Origin: Mycoplasmoides pneumoniae FH
GTDB taxonomy: Bacteria; Bacillota_I; Bacilli_A; Mycoplasmatales; Mycoplasmoidaceae
Assembly (NCBI RefSeq): GCF_001272835.1
Contig: NZ_CP010546.1
Location: 542,809 to 574,808, forward strand
Direction: 5' to 3'
DNA length: 32,000 nucleotides
Part shown: positions 1 through 10,893 of the stretch, piece by piece
Numbering within the stretch: the first letter of the stretch is position 1
How the letters are laid out: every line of letters begins with the position of its first letter
Notes under the pieces: model-generated
Databases searched by the model: none
What the model saw: only the letters and a program-made list of their open reading frames with translations
Told to the model about the DNA's origin: nothing
Position numbers and translations under genes: made by a program

Positions 1-1856
1 TCCATACCCACTTCTGGTGGGGTAAAATCATCAAAGCTGTGGGTACCGACAGCACCGTGTTGATTGTGCTTAAAGTCCACAACCTCAACTAATGGTAAGT
101 CAGATGAAGTTGTATTATTGAGTTCAATTTCAAACAGTGGTGGGGCAATTGTTGGTTCAACTGGACTGGTTGTAACGGTAGGAGTTGATTCCGCCACTTC
201 AATTTTAATTGGGGTAGTTGGTTGTACTGGTGCAGTCTGTGGTTGGTTTTTTACTGTATCGGTGAGATGTAAGACATAATCCATATCAGCAACGGGTGCT
301 ACTGCTGGTTGAGGTTCTGCGGTAGCGGTAGCTTGGCTTTCTACTACTGTTACTGGAATTACTTCTGGTTGTTCAACAGGAGCAGCTTCTGGAGTTAGAT
401 TCCATTCATAAACCGCTGGTTGAGGTGCAGCTTGTGGTTGTGGTTCAACTACTGGGGTTGGTTCAGCCACAGCTTCTTGAACAGTTTCAACAACTGGTTC
501 TGGTTGAACTTCTACAGGGGTTTCAGGTTGTGGTTCAACTACTTGTTCCACTTCTACAACAGGATTTTCAGGTTGAACTTCTAAAACTGAAGCTACTTCC
601 GGGGTTGTAATTACTTCTGGTTGGACTTCCACAGGTTGTTCTGGTTGTGGTTCAACAATCGGTTCTACAGCTACTTCTGGTTGAACCATTTCAGATTGAA
701 CTTCTGCAACTGGAGTCGATTCCACAACCACTTCTGGTTGAACTTGTTCCGTTGGAATTAATTCAGACACACCTGCCACAGCTGGTTCTACTGGAAGTGG
801 CTCGGCAACAGCTTCCGGTTGATGTTCTACAACAGCTACTACAGGCTCTGTAACTACCTGAGGTGTAATCTCTGCAATAGTTTCAACAACTGGTGTTGGT
901 TCAGTTTGTTGTGCTTCTGTAACTGGCTCTGCAGCTGCTTCTGGTTGAACCATTTCAGATTGAACTTCTGTAACTGGTTCTGGTTGAAGCTCTACTGCTG
1001 ATTGTTCAGCTGGAATCTCTGGTTGGGTTTGTACAGCTTGTGGTTCAACTTGTTCCAATATTGGTGCAGTTTCTCCAATTGGATCTAGACTTACTTCTAA
1101 TTGTGGCTCTACAGCTACTTCTGGTTGAACCATTTCAGCTTGAACTTCCACAGGTTGTTCTAGTTGTGATTCAACAATTGGTTCTACAACTACTTCTGGT
1201 TGAATTTCTACTGCTTGTGGTTCTACTGTTGCAGTAGTTTCTCCCACCGGTTCTACAGCTACTTCTGGTTGAACATCGTAAACAGGCTCAGCAGCTACCT
1301 CTGGTTGTACCTCATAGCTAGGTTCAGCAACTTCTGGTGCTGGTACATCTGCTTCCAAACCAAAGTCTTCTGAAGCTGTAGGTGTGGTTTCAATGTTATC
1401 CTCAAAGCCAAACTGTTTCTCTTCCGCTTCGGTTTGGGGTAAAGTCGAGATCCATTGATCACCCTCAAAGTAACCAGATCAAACCCACTCCCCAGCTTCA
1501 TCATAGTAACCATAAGCCTCATTACCGACATACTGAAGGTAATCCGGTTCTGCTTCGGTTTGTTCCTGTTCCCCCGCTAAAACTTCCACTGTTGGTGCAT
1601 CAGCAAACACGAACGGATTACCATTGGCGTCAAACAACACGCTAATGTCGTATTCCGTGTCACCATAAGGATCATAGTAAACTCCAGTTTCACTGTTAAA
1701 GGCAATGTAATAACCATTGCCATCACCGTCATAGGCAATCTTGACTTTGCCATCTTGAACAGTTAATTTACCATCGTACAAATTACCAAAGATCTGTTCG
1801 GGATTTTCCTCAGTGTAATCCTTGTCTTCAAAAACTGCTTCTTTGCTTTTCTTCAT
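1..1856 (-). CDS. hmw1: Cytadherence accessory protein HMW1, N-terminal and central part; the C-terminus runs off the left edge of the window
   Basis: N-terminal frame [31 protein letters not shown]... contains an aromatic/glycine-rich EAGR-type segment ([28 protein letters not shown]). It reads through TGA at 1479-1481 into a Pro/Glu/Val repeat region ([25 protein letters not shown]...) open to position 1. Confidence 0.9.
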
Positions 1857-1919
1857 GAAAAAAGAGCTTACAAAAGTGTAAGCATGGTTAACTTTGATTA
1901 TAAAACTTTCTTTAAGGCC

Positions 1920-2717
1920 TTATCTTTTCCATGAGAGGTTGTATACCCTTAAATAATTTCTTAAATTATTTTCAGCAATCCTAATTAAGGGCTTAAACAA
2001 GGCCAAGTACAAGGGCATTAACAACGCTTGTACCAAGACCCTTGGCATTAAAAAGAAATAGCTACCATACTTAACGAAGTTCTTACTTGGTTTACCACTT
2101 AAAAAGACGAGGTATTCAATCGAGGCTATAGTGCCAATTAACAATGATACCACTAAGGTCATTAGTAAGGCCATCATTAAGATGTAGAGGTTTAAGATCA
2201 TCTCTTTCGGTTTTTTGACCTTAGTGTACTTTCAACCCAAAAAGATTTCTAACCCCACAAAAAAGCTAATAAAGGCTGCCATCGTAATGCCTTGTAGGAT
2301 GTGGACATTGACATCAAAGCCCCGGCCAAAGCTCTGGTTACCAGCAGCTTGAAAATTGCCATCAGTCAGGTACATTAATAATAAGACTAGGGTCAAGACA
2401 AAGAAACCAATCAGAATGCTTTGTAAGATCCAAAAGTCAATTTTTCAGTTAGTACTACTTTGGCGTACCTGATAAACGCCCTTAACCAGCCCCGCTAAAA
2501 AGCAGAACATGGGTTTTTGAATCGCAAACAACCAAAACCAGGTATAGCCCCTAGTAAGCCAGTCCATCGTGTCGGCAATGGCGCCAAAGGTAAAGCCCCA
2601 CACCGGTCCAAACATCCAACCAATTAAGGCAAAGGGAATTCTTGTGAAACTCACCTTGAGCACACTAGTGACATTAATGGAAAAAATATTAAAGATAAAG
2701 CTTAGTGCCATTAACAC
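1920..2717 (-). CDS. Integral membrane protein resembling an ECF-transporter S component (folate-type)
   Basis: Track ORFs 1920..2201 and 2445..2717 share a frame. I read 2202-2444 and found no TAA/TAG, only TGA=Trp. Motif SVLKVSFTRIPFALIGWMFGPVWGFTFGAIADTMDW is typical of S components. The start is uncertain: the frame stays open upstream to the TAG at 2823, with no in-frame ATG. Confidence 0.7.
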
Positions 2718-2827
2718 CGCCGCTCATACTAACAATTGTAAGTTCCGCGTTACCTTTAGGGGGTAATACGGAAACAAAAAGATAAAGAAGGCGTGGTACT
2801 TAGTTTTTAATAGTTTGAAGGTCTAGA

Positions 2828-4174
2828 TTACCCAAAAACAGCTGGGGGTGTTAAATCATTGTCGTTGTTAGGATCACAATCCGTTTTAAATGGCTGTTGC
2901 ATTTCCTCTTGCACGTAACGGTTCAACACTTCGTTTGTTTGATCCGAACTTGGTTTAGGACTCAAAACAAAGGCAATAATACTAATGAGGGCAAAGGGAA
3001 TAATGCTCGCTAGGTAAAATATGGAAAAACCAACAAAGATAGTTTTAAAGGTCTCACTGTTAATTTTTAATTCATTAGACCTTAAGGCATTTAACAGAAA
3101 AGAGGGGTTTAAAATACCACCTGTAATAATGTTACCCCCAGGTAGGGCATTGAGTGCCACAAACAAGAAGATTGTCCAGAAGATCCACTTAATTCTGACC
3201 TTATACCGGTAGTTGTCATTGATCCTGGGAAAATCAGTTACCCCAAACTGGTGCTTGAGAAAGTGCATTGCCTTAAAGGTTTGACTTCTAGTAGCAAAAC
3301 TGTAGGGCTTACCTTGAAAGGCTAAAAGGAAGGAAGTACTACCAAAACCCAAGAAGATCAAGGTAATTAAAGTAGAAGCACTAACAGGGAAAAAGAGGTT
3401 AATGCCACCGTTTAAATCAACTAACGCTGGCCTGTCGGTATTATTCTGACCAGTAACCGCTTTAGTTAGGTTACTGTCAGGGTTTACATACCTGTAAAAC
3501 AAGAGGTTTACCACCACGAGGTAAGCAATGGCGGCCGCTTCAATTAACAACATGGAGATAAAGATTGCTAACTGGGCTCACTTAATTCACTGGCTTTTAA
3601 ACTGGAATTCAAAGATTTTGCCTACCATCCGTTCCGAGGTGACCCGCATAAAGGCACGTTGGCGTGCACGTGCTTCGAGTGATTCGTTGACAAAGTTTTC
3701 CAACTCTGGGCTTACAGTACCAGTTGTATGTATCCGTGGTTGGTTTAAATCAATTGTAACCGTCGGTTTATTAGCTCCATTGGTTGTTTTTTCAACAGCT
3801 GTTGGTTGAACGCTACTTAACTTACTAAAGCTATTTAAATCACGGTTAAAGAGATTGCACACGGCAATTGGTAAATAGTTAGCCAAGTCCGTGGCATCAG
3901 TTAAATCAAGTTTGAGGTTAAGTTCGGTGTTCGCTAGTTTGGTTTGCCCTAAACTAACAAAGCGCGCTTCTAAGTTTTGAAAAACAGGTTGAAAGTCCTT
4001 TTTCTTGGTTTTAGCCTTAGCTTGCTTTTGCTCTAAAAAGTACAACAGCTTTAACTGTTCGCGAATTGTTTTAGCAAACGCCGGGTCGCTTTGGATCCGC
4101 TCTTTGAGGGCATTGGCATTAAAAACAATGTCTAAATTGTCTTGTAACTTGGTTAAAAGATCGCTAAAAGTCAT
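2828..4174 (-). CDS. Conserved hypothetical membrane protein of the cytadherence gene cluster
   Basis: Track ORFs 2828..3553 and 3587..4174 are in one frame joined by TGA codons (3578, 3587). The C-terminal half has several hydrophobic segments. Confidence 0.8.
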
Positions 4175-4254
4175 CTTGGTATAGTTTACTTTTGCGCAAA
4201 GAATCGCAACACGAAGTGCTTTAGCAAATGGATTGCTAAGCCATCATTGCGCTT

Positions 4255-5085
4255 AATTTTAATATCCAGCTGCCAAATCGCATTAATTAAGGCCGTTAAT
4301 TGGTTGGTGGATCAAAAGCGGTACTGGCTTTGAATCGCCTTTAAACGAAAGGGATTGACATTTCACTGTAGTTGGAAAACAGCTTGTGGTTTAACGCCTT
4401 TGACCATCAAGGCCAAAAGTAGTTCATTTGCTAAAAATTCTAGGAATTGCGGTGGTGTGAGCTGCTTTGGTAAAAACAAGCGTTCAATCAACTTTAAGGC
4501 TTTAGCTGTTTGCAAACGCACCATGGCGTCAGTTAATTGTAAGATTTGACTGGTTTGGTAATCACACAAAACGGCTTCTAACATTTTTTTGTCCTGTAAT
4601 TCTGCCGGGCTGAGTAGAGTTAACTTACGCAACTCCTGTTCAATGACCCCTAAGTTAAAGGGTAGAATCGTGGCTAAGTGGTCAATTAAATCAGGGTTTA
4701 AGTTGAGTTTGAGTGTCTTAGCGGCCTTACTGATCACCTGGTGGATGGTTTTAGCTGTGACTGGTTTACAAGCATACTTGGTAATTGCCCGGTCATTAAT
4801 GAGGGCATTAGCGGGACTGTCGCTGTAAATGGTGACCACCACATCAGTATCTTTAAGTGTTTTTAAGCAGTGTAATTCAGCCTTAGTTAAGTTGTTCTTT
4901 TCCAAAAAACTGCAGTTGTGAATGAGGATCGGTTTAGTGTCCTCAGCAAACAGATTCTGGTTTAACACCACATCATACAGCTTATTAACATCTTGAAACC
5001 AGACCTGTTTACAAGCGGCTGGGTTGAGCAGTTGGTTTAACTGCTGGTGAATTAACCCAATATCGGCGCCATAAACTACGGTCAT
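4255..5085 (-). CDS. holA: DNA polymerase III delta-subunit-like protein
   Basis: The 4363..5130 ORF reads through two TGA codons to TAA at 4255-4257. Start placed at [20 protein letters not shown]. The protein has a HolA-like organisation (..[18 protein letters not shown]..). Confidence 0.7.
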
Positions 5086-6118
5086 AGTAAAAGACTGTAC
5101 CCACAGTATACAACAAGCCCCACAGCCCATAATAAACCAGGTAAAACACCCAGTTAGGTTTGGGTAGATTTAAAAATACGGTCGTGTTTAAGGCTCACTG
5201 ACTCAACCAGGGAAGTGGTCAGTAAAAACCGACCAAACTGTTGCCCATTCATGGAATTAGCGGTAACAACAGTCAGCTAGCACAGAAGTAAAACAAGGCT
5301 ATGGGAGTAAACAAGAGGTTATGAAACACACTTAAAGCGTTTAATTTTCGATTTAAGTGCAAAGTAATCGGACTGACCACAATGAGGATTAAGGTGGAAG
5401 TTAACACCGCTTGCAGTGGCTTTCACAGCTTCACCTTATTAATGGCAAACAACACAAAGCACGCTAAAAAGGAAAAGTTAAAGCCAAAGTTGTGTAACGC
5501 TCCCGGACTCATTAAGATGATTAACAGCGCCGTTAAGCCCAAATTATTTTCGGGTAGTTGCTTGGGAAACATTTGCCGTAACAGCTTTGAGACAAAAACC
5601 CGTAAAGCTGAAAAGGCAAATCCGACCAAAAAGAGGTACAGCAACAGCATTACAAAACCCGTTATTTTATTGATGTAAAAGCGCTTGTACAACCAGCGCT
5701 CCATGACACCAAACAAAAAACTAAGGTGAAAACCACTAATCACAAACAGGTGGACAATATTGAGCTGAATGGCACTCTGATACAGTGTGTTTTTTGTTGT
5801 TTCGTTAATTAAAAACAGCTTTAAGTACTGATTAAAAACACCACTAGTGTGTTGATCTAGTCAACTAATAAAAGGGGTGCGAAGTCAGTTCGCTTTCATT
5901 AGTTTGGCTAGTTGAAACTCTGGCATTAACTGACAGTATGCTAGTAAAGCGGCACTACAACTGATTAACAGTAAGCCAAACTTCCAGTGTACCGTTAAAC
6001 TAATTAGGTTAACTATCACCAAAAAACTCGCTAAAATTACCCACTGATTTTGTTCGATAAAGAAGTAAGCAGGGGTAAAGGTGAGTAACGTAAAAAAATA
6101 AAACAGCTTTCACTTCAT
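5009..6118 (-). CDS. ComEC/Rec2-like competence membrane protein
   Basis: Frame manually traced with TGA=Trp from ATG (6116-6118) to TAA (5009-5011). The internal segment [37 protein letters not shown] matches the ComEC core (..L..P..l.d.gFqLSf.A). Assignment by family recognition. Confidence 0.75.
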
Positions 6119-6157
6119 GCTGTTTTATTAATTGGTTAATTAGTTTAGAAATGCCAA

Positions 6158-8176
6158 TTAAAACTCTTTACTCCAGCTGGAACGGAGCGGAAAGCGTTGA
6201 GACAAACCACCACGTAACGGTGAGCGGTAACGCGGGGTGAAACTGGTGTAATTGCTCCCTAAATCAAAGCGGTGCGTGTTGAAAAAGGAACTGCGGTTAC
6301 GCCTTAAGCTCGACAATTCCAATGGTCTTCTAAGTGGGTAAAAGCTACTTGGACTGCGGTAAGCGCCAAAGCTGTTAAGGCTGTCGAAGTTCAAACTCGC
6401 TGGGTTGCGGTAGTTTACAGCCATCGGTGTAACACCAGTAAACCGACTGGCAATTGGTGTTGACTCTACTGTTGGCCGTGTAAAACGTGCTCAACTGTTG
6501 CGGATTGCTGGAAGGTTAAACAGCGGTTCGTTGTACTTGGTAGCCACATATTCACTCGGTGGAGCTAACTGGTAGCGCTCGTGCGGTAAAGGCGTACGGG
6601 TAGAAGCATCGTGGAGGTGACCCAAACTCGCTAGCTTTTCCAACAATAAGGAACGGTTGGTGGTGTGAATGGTAATTGCACCACTTTCATTATTAACACA
6701 AGTTGACTGACACGGTTGTGGTTCCACTACCGATGCAGGGGATGGTTTTCATTCCGGTTCGGGTTGTGTTGGACGGATAATTGGTTGGACTACCACTTCT
6801 GGTTGAACTACAACTGGTGGAACCGCAGGAGTTGTTTGGACTACCTTAGGTGTCACTTTAGGTGTAGCTACTTGAGGAGTAACTACTACCTGTGGTGCTG
6901 GCGTTGGTGTTACTACCTTCGGTTCTGCCTTAACAACTGGTTGAACTACAGCAGTTGGTTGGACAACTACTGGAGCAGGGGTTGGTTGTGGTGCTACTTT
7001 AGGTACAGCTGGAACAGGGGTTGGTTGGGCCACTTGGAGTGCAACTTTTGCTGTTACTACCTTCGGTATTTCAACTTTAGGTGAGTCAACCTCAACAGTT
7101 ACAGGTGTTGGTTGTGGTTGTTCCACTACCTTAGGCTCTACTTTAGGGGCAGGAGTAGCTTCTACCACTGGTGTTGGGGTAGGTTCCACTACCTTAGGAG
7201 CTTCCACTACTGGTGCGGTCTCTACCACTGGTGTTGGGGTAGGTTCTACTGTTGGAGTAACCTCTACTATTGGAGCAGATTCAACAATAGGAACAGCAGT
7301 TGGCTCCACTACTGGTGCAACTGGTTCTGGTTGGAGTGGTGCTACCTCTATTGGTGCTACAGCACTAGCTTGATCAGGATCGCTGTAAGCTTGGGAATCA
7401 TAGTAAGCGTTCGGATCGTGAGCTTGATCATAGTTCTGTGTATTGTAAGCATTAGCATCATAGGCTTGATCATACGCTTGTTGATCAAAGGACTGATCGT
7501 AAGCTTGCTGGTCATAGTAAGCGTTCGGATCATAGTTTTGGTCATACGCTTGCTGGTCGTATGTTGCTTGATCAAAGGTCTGATCATAAACTGGTGGTGC
7601 TGTAGTATCCTGATATTCGTCTGGTGCTTGAGGTAGTGGATCGAGTCCGAACAGTTGATCAGCTTGCTGTTCGGGTGTAGCATCGGGATCCACAACTGGT
7701 AAACCAGCATCAATGTCCGGATAGCCCTCACCACTCAATGGTTCGCTTGTAGTGGTATCTGCACTTGCGGTACTACCACCATAGTTTAAATAGTCCACTA
7801 GGGGAATGTTTTCCCCATCACGGTAACCACTCACATCCAAAACATTGCCATCTTGGTCGTAAAAGGTATTGTTGACCTGGTCGTATTGGACTATTACCTC
7901 ATTGTTGTTGCCATCAAAGGCAGTGAGTGGAATAATCTTGGGGGCAAAGCTAATTGGTTCATCACTGTCCAATTCGAACAGAGGATAATCCGCTGGGAGC
8001 TGTTTTCTTTTTTCCAAAGAAAAGATGTTCCCGGTTTCAGGATCCTGGTACAGGGCGTGAAGCTTATTTTTAGCATCACGACCATAAACCACATTAATGT
8101 CGGGATAGCTCTTTTGGATCTTTTGTGCTAGCTTACCATACGCTTTCGCTAGCTTTGCTCTTTCTTTATCTGTCAT
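6158..8176 (-). CDS. hmw3: Cytadherence accessory protein HMW3 (Pro/Val/Glu-rich)
   Basis: Joining ORFs 6158..6424, 6491..6727 and 6749..8176 with TGA=Trp gives a protein of about 672 aa. It has an acidic Tyr/Gln/Asp region and a PTPTPVVE..APKVVEPTPTP repeat region. Confidence 0.92.
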
Positions 8177-8189
8177 CTTGAAGCACTAA

Positions 8190-9014
8190 TTAGCGTTTTG
8201 GTGGAAAACCGGGTTGGGGTGGCATGCCAGGACGTGGTGGTTGCATTCCGGGACGAGGCGCCATACCGGGTTGAGGTGGGAAACCAGGTCTTGGAGCCAT
8301 ACCGGGGTGTGGCGGCATACCTGGACGAGGCGCCATACCGGGTTGAGGTGGGAAACCAGGTCTTGGAGCCATACCGGGGTGTGGCGGCATACCTGGACGA
8401 GGCGCCATACCGGGTTGAGGTGGGAAACCAGATCTTGGAGCCATACCGGGGTGTGGCGGCATACCTGGACGAGGCGCCATACCGGGTTGAGGTGGGAAAC
8501 CAGTACGGGGACCGAAGTTAATTTGGACTTGGGGTTGAGGTGGTACTGGTACTGGTTGTGGTGCTGGTTCAACTTCCGCTTCAGCATGGGCTTCAGCAGC
8601 TGCTTGTTGTTCTAACGCTTGTTGCTCTTCTTGTTGGGCAGAAATGCGTTGTAGCTGTTCCGCTAACTGTTCTTGGCGTTCCTTTTCCTCCAATAAGCGT
8701 TTTTCCTTGCGCTTCACAATTGGCAGTCCTATAGCAAGGCCCAAGATGATGGCTAGGGCACTAAAACCAAAGCAACCAGCAACTGTAGGAATAAACCATG
8801 CTTGCTCAGTAATCGGCTTGCCCTGAATTTGTACTGTATCCTCTTCTGCGTGTAAAACAACGTTAAGGGGACTCAATTCACTCTTAACTTCTGTCAGTTC
8901 GGTATTGTTGTGCTGTACCAAAATTAAGGTTGCAAGCACTATTAAAGCGCTGAACAGCACTAGCATTCAGGCTAATAAAAACAGTTTAAGCTTTCTTCGA
9001 GGTGGTAACTTCAT
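8190..9014 (-). CDS. p30: P30 adhesin / terminal organelle protein with C-terminal Pro/Gly/Met repeats
   Basis: The 258-aa track ORF extends through TGA to ATG at 9012-9014, giving 274 aa. C-terminal repeats [24 protein letters not shown]. Confidence 0.95.
8255..8542 (-). repeat. 72-bp tandem repeat inside p30 (24 aa, with internal 6-aa sub-repeats)
   Basis: Identical phase marker GAGGCGCCATACCGGG begins at 8255, 8327, 8399 and 8471, an exact 72-bp period. The last unit is partial or diverged. Confidence 0.9.
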
Positions 9015-9034
9015 GCACTAATTAAAGGGAGACA

Positions 9035-9616
9035 CTAACGACGGCGGCGACGGGGTGCTTCATCATAGTAGTAATCATCATCACGACTTTGTTGTGCCCG
9101 TTTTGCTTTACGGCGCTTTTTGATGATGGCACGGGTAATCTTGGACAGGATAAAGTTAATAATTAAGGCACCTATAAGCCCTGAAACTAAGGCCATGCCC
9201 AACGGAATAATGTACTTAGTAAGGTAGGGACCAACCTTTTCTAAAAAGGCGGGGATATTGGGTTTCTTTAAAAAGTCGACATACCCTGGGATTTGGCTAA
9301 ACAAACTACCATCAATCGGAAAGCGGGGATCTAGCTTGTTAGCATTATTAGCTACTTGTTCTGCTGCTAGTATCAAGGCGTGGGACTGTGATGCTGCAGC
9401 TGCTTTAGGTGCAGTTACCGTAGCGCCTACACCACTAGTAGTAACCGTGTCAAGCGCTTCCTTAGAGAAAAAACGGTTAAACACATCCATTGGTTGTGCT
9501 AGTTTAAAGGATGGGCTAACAGTACCAAAGTAAAAGATTGCTAAAAAGAGGTAAGCAATTGCTACCGTCAGTACCGCTAAGAAGGCTAGCTTAAAGAGCA
9601 ATTTGAAGAAACCCAT
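9035..9616 (-). CDS. Conserved membrane protein of the P30 gene neighbourhood
   Basis: Complete 193-aa ORF with two hydrophobic segments and a basic/acidic tail ([24 protein letters not shown]). Confidence 0.85.
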   Translation of the reverse strand: MGFFKLLFKLAFLAVLTVAIAYLFLAIFYFGTVSPSFKLAQPMDVFNRFFSKEALDTVTTSGVGATVTAPKAAAASQSHALILAAEQVANNANKLDPRFPIDGSLFSQIPGYVDFLKKPNIPAFLEKVGPYLTKYIIPLGMALVSGLIGALIINFILSKITRAIIKKRRKAKRAQQSRDDDYYYDEAPRRRRR

Positions 9617-9704
9617 TGCTAGAGAAGAGTTAAATATTGGGAAAATTTTAACTTTTCAAAGCTTTAATTCCCCACTTACAGCTTAACTTCCTTAATTAAG
9701 AGCT

Positions 9705-10568
9705 TTAAAAAGCTCTGCTTAAATTACGCGTTAACAAAATAATGCGCAGGATAAAGTAGACCAAGTTCATGAAGCTACTTACCAACCAAGCGCCAAAAAA
9801 GAGCGCACTACGCCACATTTGTGCTTTGGCTAAAGCTGGGTCTTGACTTTCATACAGTTTCACCAAGTCCTGTTCGTTGCGAATTTGTAGACAAACAAAG
9901 TAAACCGATAACAAGGAAAAGATCCCACCAACTATTAACGAAAGTCCGGGGAACAGTAAATCCAAGATATTAGTGCGACCACCGCGGAACACCGTAAAGT
10001 TCAACACAAAAGTCAATAAGCTCGCAATTATGCTAATAAAGAAGGCTCAAATAAAGATACGAAACAGCGTTTGGGTTTGTTGGTAACGGCGTTGCTGGCT
10101 CGGTAATGCACTCAAGCCCCATACCGTCCCATACACTAATGCTGCCCCTAAAAAGGCAAAGACAATGTCACTAAACTTAAAGTCAATCAATTCACGTAAT
10201 TGTGTGGTGGCTAATGTTAACAATACTCCTAATGTAATCCCATAACTAATCACATCGGCAATAATTAAGCCCCAGAACCACGCTAAGGTCGTGTTACGGT
10301 TCCTTAGTTTAAAAGCCGTGACAAAGTAAAGGATTAAGGAAACCAAACTAGCAACAAAAGCAATCGTACCCAACGTTCTTATATCACTAGCCAGTGTGCC
10401 AAGGCTAGTAGTGTTGGTTAACAGCTGTTGTACCCCAAAACCAATTAAGAAGATAAACAGAATGCCAATCGCGGCAACAGAAAAGGTCAAGCGAATGACC
10501 GAGAACCGCTTGTGATGGACAAACTGTTGCTCGGAAAAATTGACCTGATTATTAGCTTGATTGATCAT
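9705..10568 (-). CDS. Conserved multi-span membrane protein
   Basis: Track ORFs 9705..10016 and 10047..10568 are the same frame with a TGA=Trp at 10047-10049. About 287 aa, with multiple hydrophobic helices. Confidence 0.85.
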
Positions 10569-10637
10569 GATAAGTCAACTGGGTCAATTTTAATTTGTAA
10601 GCGCTTAATTGCTAATAAATGCAAAATTATAGAAAGG

Positions 10638-10728
10638 GGATACTTACCCAAGTGGCTGAAGGGGTAGGCTTGGAAAGCTTATAGATGGGTAACACCATGC
10701 GAGGGTTCGAATCCCTCAGTATCCGCCA
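10638..10728 (+). tRNA. tRNA-Ser (anticodon GGA), CCA encoded
   Basis: Acceptor GGATACT/AGTATCC, anticodon stem-loop TAGGC-TTGGAAA-GCTTA, long variable arm, T arm GAGGGTTCGAATCCCTC. Confidence 0.95.
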
Positions 10729-10729
10729 C

Positions 10730-10818
10730 GGAGACTTACCCAAGTGGTTTAAGGGGGCGCTCTCGAAAAGCGTTAGGTGTTTTTGCATGCGTGGGTTCGA
10801 ATCCCACAGTCTCCGCCA
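10730..10818 (+). tRNA. tRNA-Ser (anticodon CGA), CCA encoded
   Basis: Acceptor GGAGACT/AGTCTCC, anticodon stem-loop GCGCT-CTCGAAA-AGCGT, long variable arm, T arm GTGGGTTCGAATCCCAC. Confidence 0.95.
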
Positions 10819-10838
10819 AAATATTAACTGTATCAATT

Positions 10839-10871
10839 AAAAAAGCACACCTTTTGGGGATGTGCTTTTTT
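10839..10871. terminator. Hairpin flanked by A/T tracts, possible bidirectional terminator between the tRNA-Ser pair and the convergent lipoprotein gene
   Basis: aaaaaGCACAccttttggggaTGTGCttttt: inverted repeat with A-run and T-run on either side. Confidence 0.6.
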
Positions 10872-10893
10872 TAGTGTTTCCTAATACTGACAA

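Noticed and set aside
425-1237. Plus-strand ORFs of 61-68 aa over hmw1 (Leu/Val/Gln-rich)
   Set aside because: They are the antisense reading of the Pro/Glu/Val repeats of HMW1, which is one open minus-strand frame; composition follows from the repeat.
6716-7636. Plus-strand ORFs of 122 and 174 aa (Trp/Tyr-rich) opposite hmw3
   Set aside because: Artefacts of low-complexity Pro/Gln/Tyr codons on the opposite strand; no start signal, no family resemblance.
8186-8615. Overlapping ORFs in the p30 repeat region (133 aa minus, 107 and 133 aa plus)
   Set aside because: A 72-bp period is a multiple of three, so all six frames tend to stay open; only the P30 frame has supported identity.
10627-10836. 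69-aa minus-strand ORF containing DSNPRM
   Set aside because: It is antisense to the two tRNA-Ser genes; the repeated DSNPRM motif is the reverse of the T arm.
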